In this document: piece by piece, positions 29,453 through 37,104 of the stretch
How positions within the stretch are numbered: the stretch's first letter is position 1
Layout of the letters: every line of letters starts with the position of its first letter
Origin: a virus
Taxonomy: Duplodnaviria > Caudoviricetes
Length of the DNA: 64,000 bases
Strand: one strand, 5' to 3'
IMG/VR virus record: IMGVR_UViG_2513237213_000004
Location: 9,381-73,380 of that record
Translations under genes and position numbers: made by a program
Notes under the pieces: generated by a model
Databases searched by the model: none
Seen by the model: only the letters and a program-made list of their open reading frames with translations
Told to the model about the DNA's origin: nothing

Positions 29453-30412
29453 TTACTTTAAATGGTATTTACGGAAATGCTCTTGGATTTTCCGTAACCG
29501 AGCCTTGGTATAGCCTGGATGCTTCGGATACCAATCTGATAATGGGATAAGCCCCTTGGCTCCGTTGCAATCAGTACAAGCCGGGACAATGTTCTCTATG
29601 AGGTCAACTCGTTCCGGGGACACCTTGGCCATCACCGATTGAGGAACCAGGTGCTCCGGGATAAGAGCCACATGCTCTTTACCGCAATAAGCACATTTAT
29701 GACCGAACTCCTTTTTAATCCGTTCCCATTCCACAGTATTACCAAAGACACCATTGAGGGACACCCACCGCCCGGTCTGACTCCGGATAATCGTTTTGGA
29801 CTCAATACCAACCACGAACTCTGTCATTACCTCCATAGGCACATGCTCCAAAAGCCATTCCTTGACCGTGATATTGATTGCCGAAGAATATGGAACTGTA
29901 ATTCCAAACCACTCACCAATGGCATCATAGAAATCCCTCGGTCTGTTGCCAGGAACCGCACCGATATACCGAGACATGAGATTATCAAAGGTATAACGCG
30001 GATTTACAAAGGGCTTGACCACTCCAGATTGCATAAGCAAATCCTTTAGGTCATCCAACTGTTTACCAACGCTATCCACGGCAATCTCATGTCGGCTATC
30101 CTGGGACACCAGCGGAAGCACATCATGCGTTACCCACCGTTGGTATTCCTTGGCCGTTCCCTTCCGGCTGCTGAAAATCAACCGGTAAATACCAGGAAGG
30201 CTTACTGCGTTCATCTTCTGGGGGCCACCAGGCGTATCCATGGTTATCATCCTGCGTTCATCGGCATCTAACCGGGAAACCGCATCGCGACTATTATGGA
30301 TATCCAGGGCCTCGCATACGTCATTTGCGACGTACCACCGCAAAGGGCCTATTTTCTGACTCCGGACATCATCAAAGATGCCAGAGCCAAACATAGATAC
30401 TTCATTGTTCAT
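29453..30412 (-). CDS. Bro-N domain/HNH endonuclease fusion
   Basis: N-terminal WYVANDVCEAL...YRLIFSSRK.TAKEYQRWVTHDVLP (Bro-N); C-terminal CAYCG...EH..P...ENIVPACTDCN..KG (HNH). The ATG at 30412 overlaps the upstream stop (ATGA); track start is 30448. Confidence 0.8.
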   Translation of the reverse strand: MNNEVSMFGSGIFDDVRSQKIGPLRWYVANDVCEALDIHNSRDAVSRLDADERRMITMDTPGGPQKMNAVSLPGIYRLIFSSRKGTAKEYQRWVTHDVLPLVSQDSRHEIAVDSVGKQLDDLKDLLMQSGVVKPFVNPRYTFDNLMSRYIGAVPGNRPRDFYDAIGEWFGITVPYSSAINITVKEWLLEHVPMEVMTEFVVGIESKTIIRSQTGRWVSLNGVFGNTVEWERIKKEFGHKCAYCGKEHVALIPEHLVPQSVMAKVSPERVDLIENIVPACTDCNGAKGLIPLSDWYPKHPGYTKARLRKIQEHFRKYHLK

Positions 30413-30537
30413 CGTGTCTTGTGATTGAAAATTTCTTTTCTCGCCCACCGCTTATCGTCCCGGTCCTTTACATGTCTGCGAAGGTCCTTGGCTTTCTTGA
30501 CGTGACGCGGATGGCGCTCTTTTTCTTCCATGCTCAT
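30409..30537 (-). CDS. 42-aa basic hypothetical protein
   Basis: SD GGAGA; MSMEEKERHPRHVKKAKDLRR...; stop coupled to the next ATG. Confidence 0.5.
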   Translation of the reverse strand: MSMEEKERHPRHVKKAKDLRRHVKDRDDKRWARKEIFNHKTR

Positions 30538-30551
30538 TTTTGAGTTCTCCC

Positions 30552-31193
30552 TTACAAATTACTCGGCGCTATCTTCCGCAGCGACTCAATCAGCATTGGA
30601 TTCTCACGGAACGCCTTCATAATTTCTTCATAAGATTCATTGTCTAAACGTACTCGAAGAATATCGTTGATGATATTCATTGCTTTTTCCACGGTCTTAT
30701 AGCAGTACACTTTCTCCTGGATCGCTCCGATCTCGGAGGAAAGCGTTTGTTGCCGCAGCGTCATTTTGTCGAGCATATCAATGACCTGCTTCAAATCTGA
30801 AACCTCTACATCACCATTACCCACTCTCCGGTCCAGTTCATCGAGCTCAACCGAGATAATGTCAACCGCGTTGTTTACGAGATTCAGCGCCTTGACCTTG
30901 GTTCCATAGACGTTTACCACCTGTTCATCGGTGGGCGCGGTCATGTCACCGCCAAGGCCATTGTCCCTGCACCACCGAGCAATTGAGTTATGGGAAATCT
31001 TGTAGCCGTTGGGAATCAAGTTCCCATCGTTGATTTCCTTCGTGATGTCACGGTAACTCTTGCCCTTTAGTCGCTTATCGCGAACCAGTTCACACAGACC
31101 GAACTGTTCTACCAGGGAACCCATGGCCCCGTTGGTATGCAGCCGGTCCGGGGCTTTGTTTCCCGGTGGTGGCGCAGGATGATTCCTTGCCAT
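30552..31193 (-). CDS. Probable terminase small subunit
   Basis: N-terminal HTH-like KSYRDITKEIN...ISHNSIARW followed by a helical region; first gene upstream of terL. Confidence 0.55.
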   Translation of the reverse strand: MARNHPAPPPGNKAPDRLHTNGAMGSLVEQFGLCELVRDKRLKGKSYRDITKEINDGNLIPNGYKISHNSIARWCRDNGLGGDMTAPTDEQVVNVYGTKVKALNLVNNAVDIISVELDELDRRVGNGDVEVSDLKQVIDMLDKMTLRQQTLSSEIGAIQEKVYCYKTVEKAMNIINDILRVRLDNESYEEIMKAFRENPMLIESLRKIAPSNL

Positions 31194-31221
31194 ACCAAAC
31201 ACTCCTTATTTTGTTTGTATT

Positions 31222-31252
31222 AAAAAAGGAGCACCAGCCGCAGCTATGCTCC
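31222..31252 (-). terminator. Intrinsic terminator immediately upstream of terS
   Basis: GGAGCA-13-TGCTCC followed by T6. Confidence 0.6.
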
Positions 31253-31286
31253 CCGGCACCTCCCCGCAGGTACTATGCCTATTCTT

Positions 31287-31342
31287 ATACATTTACGCCA
31301 TTACACCGTTATAACTGTATACCTTTACAATGGTATAATGTC
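31287..31342. repeat. Octamer array 2 (7 units)
   Basis: ATACATTT ACGCCATT ACACCGTT ATAACTGT ATACCTTT ACAATGGT ATAATGTC. Confidence 0.8.
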
Positions 31343-31355
31343 GTATATTTTCATG

Positions 31356-31425
31356 TGGCAGTCAAAGGAGTCGAACCTTTACCTCTGCTGGAATCGCAGT
31401 GTTCCTACCGTTAAACTATCCCGCC
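31356..31425 (-). pseudogene. Degenerate tRNA/tRNA-like element (Gly-TCC-like, shortened anticodon arm)
   Basis: Intact D arm GTTT-AACGGTAG-GAAC and T arm AAAGG-TTCGACT-CCTTT; acceptor stem has 2 mismatches; anticodon arm CTGC-GATTCCA-GCAG is about 2 nt short. Confidence 0.65.
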
Positions 31426-31426
31426 A

Positions 31427-32151
31427 TAAAAGGGGCCTGCGCCCCATTCCCGTTTAGGCCACGGGCAAGACCTCTGCAATCAAACCTACAACTCATTGCA
31501 GCCCTTAGTTGTCGTATAAGGTTTTTAGACCACGAGCAGAGGAACATCGAACATACCAGCTACTAGTGCGAACACCTATCTGTAATGCTCTATGAACCCT
31601 TGTTCTCTTGTGGCAAACTAGGTACGGTAGCTACACTTCTTTTTTAAGAAACCTATTGACTTTCCTGGCTCCCAGGTTATACTTTCTTGATTTCCAGGAA
31701 ACGGCTTCGGGCAGACTATCCCCTGCAAAGGAGATAGATTAGACTGTCCGTAGATACTTTCCGTCATTCCGAGGTATCCGTATCCGTGGTGCTCCTGCCA
31801 ACCAATGAAATCATCGGTCAGCCATAGCCTATCAGTCAATTACGCCCCAGACTGTCCCAGGTTTCCCCGGCAAGACTATGAACCCTTCCCACCACCGTTA
31901 TCGTGGCAGTCAAGCGATTAACCCTCCGCGCCCTATTTTTAACCATGGCTTTCGCTTTAGGCTTAACGAGGTCTTGCAGCGCTTTTCAACCCCTTTGGTA
32001 ACTCCCCAATAGCACCGAACAGACCAGGGAGGCCCCGCATATTCTCTGCATCAGCTATGCGACACTGGCAATTTATATACCGCAGGCAGCGGATAGGAAC
32101 CAGGCAGCGAAATAACGTATGCCACCGGGAACCCCTTCGGCTCACACCGAC
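31427..32151 (-). ncRNA. Candidate long structured RNA A (about 725 nt)
   Basis: Strong promoter, no credible ORF or SD, many hairpins, ends in GGGGC-GCAG-GCCCC-TTTT just before the tRNA-like element. Confidence 0.55.
31656..31683 (+). promoter_or_regulatory. Antisense promoter TTGACT-16-TATACT inside RNA A
   Basis: Read directly from the sequence; A/T-rich UP-like tract upstream. Confidence 0.5.
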
Positions 32152-32157
32152 AAATAT

Positions 32158-32186
32158 ATTGTACTCTTGTTAATCTATATTGTCAA
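32158..32186 (-). promoter_or_regulatory. Sigma70-type promoter TTGACA-17-TACAAT driving RNA A
   Basis: Near-consensus; nearly identical to the promoter at 56751-56779. Confidence 0.8.
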
Positions 32187-32291
32187 CACTGAAATATATT
32201 GGTCATTCAATGTATAACTATGGTTGCTTAGGTATTCTATGATAACTAAGTAACTCCTAAGTAAGTACCAAGGATAAAAGTGGTATAGGTA

Positions 32292-32324
32292 TGAGCGAAG
32301 CGAATACCAAGTGAGCGAAGCGAA
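32292..32324 (+). repeat. Direct repeat TGAGCGAAGCGAA x2 (20-bp period)
   Basis: Copies at 32292-32304 and 32312-32324. Confidence 0.8.
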
Positions 32325-32381
32325 CTTCAAACCACTGGATTCAATGATATACTATGTTACCCCCCTACCCCCCGTACATAT

Positions 32382-32430
32382 ATAATATGAAAATCGACAC
32401 TTTTCACAACCCTATTTTGAAAAAAAGTTT
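32382..32430 (-). promoter_or_regulatory. Candidate phage late promoter (copy 2)
   Basis: GGGTTGTGAAAA-N13-TATTAT, as at 10722-10770. Confidence 0.5.
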
Positions 32431-32504
32431 AAAAATTTTTTCTTGGGAGCTCCGGAGGGCCTTCGGCGGGGCTTTGGTATTTCCAGAAGCACCCAAGTGA
32501 TGCT

Positions 32505-32805
32505 CTGGTATTCTATGTATATACCTATGGAGAAATATGGAGAAAATTTTTCTCTGGTTGGCCTTTAGATCCACAAATGCTCTCTGGTCAGATTCTTTGC
32601 ACCCCTGGTATCGCCTTCGCGGGCCTTAGTATGCCTGGTCCTTTATGCTTTTTGTCTGGTCAGCTATGGTTTTCTATGTATCACTCCTATGAACCCTTAT
32701 GGGACAAGGCTTCACACTGGTTTTCTATGGTAACCTATGTATATTTCTTCTGTATCACACCCCAGGAAGCCTTATGTAGCAAGGGCTGACGCTGGTTTTG
32801 CTATG
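32505..32805 (+). repeat. Cluster of (C/A)TGGT-N3/4-CTATG degenerate repeats
   Basis: Copies at 32505, 32656, 32666, 32717, 32727 and 32792, plus several partial CTGGT units. Confidence 0.6.
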
Positions 32806-33458
32806 AAAAAATTTGGAAATGGCGTCGTTACGAACTTGGGACTATGCCCGCGCCCGGAACCCCAGAAAAATCGGCATTGGAAGCCCTTTTCGCACCCCGG
32901 CCCCATTGCCAGGACAAGGCAGCCCCATTTTTCCCAGGAAGGGCCCCGCCGGAACAAACGCCAAACACGCGGCGACGCTGAAAAGCCGGGACCCCCCCGC
33001 CACACAAGGCCCCGCGCCTATTCCCTGCTATGTGACTTTATATGTATATAGTCACATTTTATAGGGTAAAACGTCCATTTTTTCCGGGAAAAGGCCCGGA
33101 AAAGGCCATACAAACCCCATAGAGGCCATTTAAGCCCTTGCCTATGTAATTATACCTATCAACACATAGAAGGCCCTTGCAGGCCCCATAAGGCCGTATA
33201 AATCCGTGGTATGGTATTTTGCTATTGTTCCCTATTCCCTGCATAATTCTGCGTATATTCTGCGTATAATCCTAGCGCCTCCCAGCCATCCCAGGACAAA
33301 AGAGGCCCTTGTATGATCTCCCATCCTGCCATACTATGTATAACTTTGTTTTTTCTTTTATATTGAAGGTTTTTGTATATGACTATACTATGTATTAATT
33401 TTTTTTAACACTGTAAGCCCGCGCCACGCAAGGGCCCGCGCTGCACACATGATAATAA

Positions 33459-33515
33459 AAGTGACTTTTTGAAAAAATAGTGCTTGACTTTGTACCCATA
33501 CAAGCGTAATATAAT
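33459..33515 (+). promoter_or_regulatory. Early promoter TTGACT-17-TAATAT with upstream box AAGTGACTTTTTGAAAAAATA
   Basis: The identical box precedes the recombinase promoter at 42871. Confidence 0.7.
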
Positions 33516-33669
33516 AACTGTCAGAGGGACAACAACAAAACACCGATAGCGCCGGGACTTATCGCCGTAACTGTAAAAGGGGAGGGATTAAAGCCGGGGC
33601 AGGCAAAGTAGGGTTGACCAATGACAAGCCGATATTAACAGTGTAGAACAATGGAGAGAGGTTATCGCA

Positions 33670-34227
33670 ATGAAAAAAACATATTTTGTATGGCGTGATG
33701 ATGAAGGAAAAATTTTTGACAAGGGCTTTTCAATCGAAGCAAGCGCAAAAGATGACGTTGCAACCATGGAGGCCGTAGCAAAGTATTTTGAAGCCCTCTA
33801 TGATGAAAATGTAACCTATATTGACGGTGTGATCCGTGTTCATTGCGGTGCTGATATCCGCGGGATTGACTTGCGCGTGTTTAAAGCTGAATTCAATGAA
33901 AACTATAAAGCAGCAAAGAACCATGTAGCCGAATATAAAGAAGAATACACCGAACCGGAACCGGCTACCGACGTTGAACCAACCACGGAACCGGAAAAGG
34001 TGGAACCGGCCAAAAAGGTTCGCCGTCGTAATCGCCAGATCATAAAAGCAATGGCAAAATGCTACGGTAATAAACATGCAAAATTGCAGCTTTTTGGCAA
34101 AGGTAAACTCTCAACACATAAAAATTATCGTGGTTATTGTCGTAGTTATACCGCCTATAAAGATTATAAAAAAGGCGGATACTTACCAAAAACATTGGTA
34201 ACAAAATATTTTCCTAGTGTAGCATAG
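33670..34227 (+). CDS. Early hypothetical protein
   Basis: SD GGAGAGAGG; 185 aa. Confidence 0.75.
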   Translation: MKKTYFVWRDDEGKIFDKGFSIEASAKDDVATMEAVAKYFEALYDENVTYIDGVIRVHCGADIRGIDLRVFKAEFNENYKAAKNHVAEYKEEYTEPEPATDVEPTTEPEKVEPAKKVRRRNRQIIKAMAKCYGNKHAKLQLFGKGKLSTHKNYRGYCRSYTAYKDYKKGGYLPKTLVTKYFPSVA

Positions 34228-34248
34228 ATTTATATTTTTTTACCTTGC

Positions 34249-34278
34249 GTGTTAATTATAATAGTCAATTGTTAATTT
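34249..34278 (+). promoter_or_regulatory. 30-bp box GTGTTAATTATAATARTCAATTGTTAATTT (copy 1)
   Basis: 29/30 identical to 54922-54951 (minus strand); both directly precede an SD. Confidence 0.65.
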
Positions 34279-34293
34279 ATGGAGGCTTTAACA

Positions 34294-34521
34294 GTGAATA
34301 ATAACAACGTTATAGCGGTAAAAGCTGACAGTGCTTTTACAGGAATTCAAATACATAGTGTTATCTATGATATAGACGATAAAATTTGTTTTTCTTATTG
34401 GATTGAAGGCCAGGACAAGGCAAGAAAAGCAACGTCAAAAATTCGCTATACGGCAGCAGGCCGGGCCTATTTTATGAGTCGTAACCATCGTCAATACTTA
34501 GATGAATTTATGCGTGTTTAA
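34294..34521 (+). CDS. Early hypothetical protein
   Basis: SD GGAGG, GTG start. Confidence 0.65.
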   Translation: MNNNNVIAVKADSAFTGIQIHSVIYDIDDKICFSYWIEGQDKARKATSKIRYTAAGRAYFMSRNHRQYLDEFMRV

Positions 34522-34576
34522 TGGTATACGGGGCCGGGGCCTTCCCGGTCCCAGGACAAGAAGGGAAGGAAAAACA

Positions 34577-34798
34577 ATGGTAATGACAGTGGAACGTGAT
34601 GGATTTTATGATCTCTATAATAATTCGTGGTCCGGTGCTATTCCGGTGCTAGATGAAATTGAAAAGCAGGGCCGGGAGAACGAAGCAATGGATATAATCG
34701 AAAATACCTTTGCCGGGGAGATCCCGACGGATACACAAGTTAACGATTTTATATGGTTTGACCTTGCGGATATTATGGGCGGTTTATTTGATTTATAA
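34577..34798 (+). CDS. Early hypothetical protein (WSGA..NDFIWFD type)
   Basis: SD GGAAGGA; acidic protein. Confidence 0.7.
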   Translation: MVMTVERDGFYDLYNNSWSGAIPVLDEIEKQGRENEAMDIIENTFAGEIPTDTQVNDFIWFDLADIMGGLFDL

Positions 34799-34843
34799 TA
34801 GTGACGGGCCGGGCCTTCCCGGTCCTATGGAGGGAATAAAACA

Positions 34844-35242
34844 ATGTATGTAAAGATGGAGAACGGCAAAAAGATCAGTGTTTACAATGGCAAAATATGG
34901 GGCGCTAATATTTCACAATACGCCATGGAACACAAAAATCTTGATTATAAATCAATGATTGACGCGATGACATATAACGAATTCTTTGATTGTGGTAACG
35001 TGTTTAATGTCGTGGACGACTGGGAATGTATAACTGGGAACGATTACGACGACGAAACAGGCGAATATTATGAGATTTTCTGTTATTACCTTGTGAGCGC
35101 AAGGGCAGTGGAAAACTTGCAGAAATACACCGACGAAATTGTGTTTTATTCGGAAAAACTAGACTTGTATGTGTTCGGTGTAACTCATTGGGGAACGTCC
35201 TGGGATTATGTGTTAACAGGTTATGAGATTGTAGGCGAATAA
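34844..35242 (+). CDS. Early hypothetical protein
   Basis: SD GGAGG; C-terminal DLYVFGVTHWGTSWDYVL. Confidence 0.75.
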   Translation: MYVKMENGKKISVYNGKIWGANISQYAMEHKNLDYKSMIDAMTYNEFFDCGNVFNVVDDWECITGNDYDDETGEYYEIFCYYLVSARAVENLQKYTDEIVFYSEKLDLYVFGVTHWGTSWDYVLTGYEIVGE

Positions 35243-35298
35243 TAATCATTGGTATAGGCACGGGGCCGGCGGTCCGGTCCCTGGGGAGGTAAAGTGTT

Positions 35299-35490
35299 AT
35301 GAAAAGAGTAAACACGTTAATCATTGATTTGATTATGTATGTAATCGGTTTATATAGCCGTAAAAAATCAGTGGTAACTTGTAATGGTGTGTTTTGTGGT
35401 TATGCTTATAGTTCTTTTCCGGTCCGCCGTTACCTATATACAATCATGTTTATCCTTGCTTTTGTCCTGGGCTTAATCATTGGTGAATAA
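35299..35490 (+). CDS. Small membrane protein
   Basis: SD GGAGGT; hydrophobic C-terminus. Confidence 0.6.
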   Translation: MKRVNTLIIDLIMYVIGLYSRKKSVVTCNGVFCGYAYSSFPVRRYLYTIMFILAFVLGLIIGE

Positions 35491-35506
35491 TGGAGGGAAT
35501 AGAAAA

Positions 35507-36034
35507 ATGTTTGCACATAATATCATGGTTTATATCAATGGAACGCGGGAAAAATTCTGTAAGGAAACCTGGGAAAAGATAACAAGCGTTGACGCGGTTT
35601 ATCCGGACGATATCGACAAGGAAAAGAAAATGGAACGAAGTGAGTTAACGGACCTATACAGTGAAGTGGTCCCGGTAAATGTGAACGGCATTACATATAT
35701 GATTGATGTGTACTATGTTCCGGCTATTGTAAACGGCGAATATATGGAGGTCAAAACAGTAGAAAACGTGGTTTTACAAATGAATATAAATGGCCATTAT
35801 AGTGAAAAAGAATTTCCTAATTATGATAGTGCTTTTAATACAATGTTAAAGAAGCAGGAAAGTATGGAAAAAGAAATAGGCATTATCACGCCATATATCC
35901 GGGATAAGCATGGACGTATAAAAGCAAGTAATGGCCTGTATTACGAATGTAATTGGACGATGTACACCGCGACTATTTACGACGATAGACACAACCAGAT
36001 TATGTGGTCGCATATTGTGGAGGACTGGGATTGA
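35507..36034 (+). CDS. Early hypothetical protein
   Basis: SD GGAGG before the ATG at 35507. Confidence 0.7.
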   Translation: MFAHNIMVYINGTREKFCKETWEKITSVDAVYPDDIDKEKKMERSELTDLYSEVVPVNVNGITYMIDVYYVPAIVNGEYMEVKTVENVVLQMNINGHYSEKEFPNYDSAFNTMLKKQESMEKEIGIITPYIRDKHGRIKASNGLYYECNWTMYTATIYDDRHNQIMWSHIVEDWD

Positions 36035-36035
36035 T

Positions 36036-36347
36036 ATGGGATATACAGTGAAAAATTTACCGCTATACCGTGGAATAAAAGGTATTAGGTTTATAAGCCA
36101 TGGTATGTGGTCCGATGCGGAATTAGTTTATAAAGGTTATGTGTTCAACTATAACGATATAGAAGGCGCATTATGGGAAAATTTCTTAGAGGATCAAAAC
36201 GAAGTGGAGGCGCATTATCTGGATCGGACCGGGGCGGACGAACAAGAAAAACGTTTTAATCAGTGGTTAGAAAATGGAAGGCCCGCGCAAAACTATTTAG
36301 ATGATTGTATTTTTGGCAAGTGTTATACAGGTTATTTTTACCGGTAA
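36036..36347 (+). CDS. Early hypothetical protein
   Basis: ATG at 36036, two nt after the previous stop. Confidence 0.7.
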   Translation: MGYTVKNLPLYRGIKGIRFISHGMWSDAELVYKGYVFNYNDIEGALWENFLEDQNEVEAHYLDRTGADEQEKRFNQWLENGRPAQNYLDDCIFGKCYTGYFYR

Positions 36348-36369
36348 ACAATGGATGGAGGTCTTGAAA

Positions 36370-37089
36370 ATGTCATTAGAAAAGTATATCGAAAACATGC
36401 TGCCCGCTGGCAGCGGTATTAACGGGGAATATTCCATAGAGTTCAAGGAAAATAAAATCGTTGTAAAAAATTCCTGGGATAACATGAATGAATTAGGCTA
36501 TTATGATGGCGTTTTCAAGTTCTCCATCACATACCGCCTTGACGGTTCCATGATGTTACATTTCCATGGATTGACTAGGAACGAATACAGGAAAATTGAA
36601 AACGAAGGTTTACGGGATTATTTAGAATCATTGTTTTATGAGTTTATCCCTGCTATGGTAGCAATTTTAAAAGGTGATATTCCGGCATATAAAAACAACG
36701 CGGACCGGGATAAGCTGGAACCGCTGGAACGTGGATTTTTAGAAACAATGGTACAGGATGCAGCTTATAATTATCAGGATTATGCACCGGAAAACATACC
36801 GGAAAACATATATAAGGCCGTCCGGGATTATCCCTTTACTATTGAGAATATCGACGATAAAGCACTGGAAAACGCGCTGCAAGTGATCCAGGAAGCTGGC
36901 AAGGGCCTGCCGGATAACGTGGATAGATACGATTTAGGCGGCGAAATATACCTGGCTATTTGTTACGGTGAAACGGAAAATAGCATAGCGAAGGAAATTG
37001 CAAAAAGTGGTAAATGGCAGCAATTTGCCGACGCAAGCAAGGAAATTTCCATGGATTATTGCGGAAAATATCGTGTAGTCGTTGAATAA
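36370..37089 (+). CDS. Early hypothetical protein
   Basis: SD GGAGGT before the ATG at 36370. Confidence 0.7.
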   Translation: MSLEKYIENMLPAGSGINGEYSIEFKENKIVVKNSWDNMNELGYYDGVFKFSITYRLDGSMMLHFHGLTRNEYRKIENEGLRDYLESLFYEFIPAMVAILKGDIPAYKNNADRDKLEPLERGFLETMVQDAAYNYQDYAPENIPENIYKAVRDYPFTIENIDDKALENALQVIQEAGKGLPDNVDRYDLGGEIYLAICYGETENSIAKEIAKSGKWQQFADASKEISMDYCGKYRVVVE

Positions 37090-37104
37090 TGGAGGGCACA
37101 AAAA

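Larger units (their letters stand above)
34531..35281 (+). repeat. Three GGGCCGG-loop-CCGGTCC hairpins between consecutive early genes
   Basis: At 34531-34551, 34806-34825 and 35262-35281, each between a stop codon and the next SD. Confidence 0.75.

Noticed and set aside
31356-31425. Functional tRNA gene or attP/attL core
   Set aside because: Anticodon arm and acceptor stem are defective, there is no second copy, and no host genes flank it.
31427-31500. Possible HDV-like/theta ribozyme next to the tRNA-like element; hammerhead, twister or pistol cores in RNA A/B
   Set aside because: Could not build the required pseudoknot or find the catalytic cores by eye, and theta ribozymes sit 3' of the tRNA. 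An RNArobo/Infernal search would be decisive.
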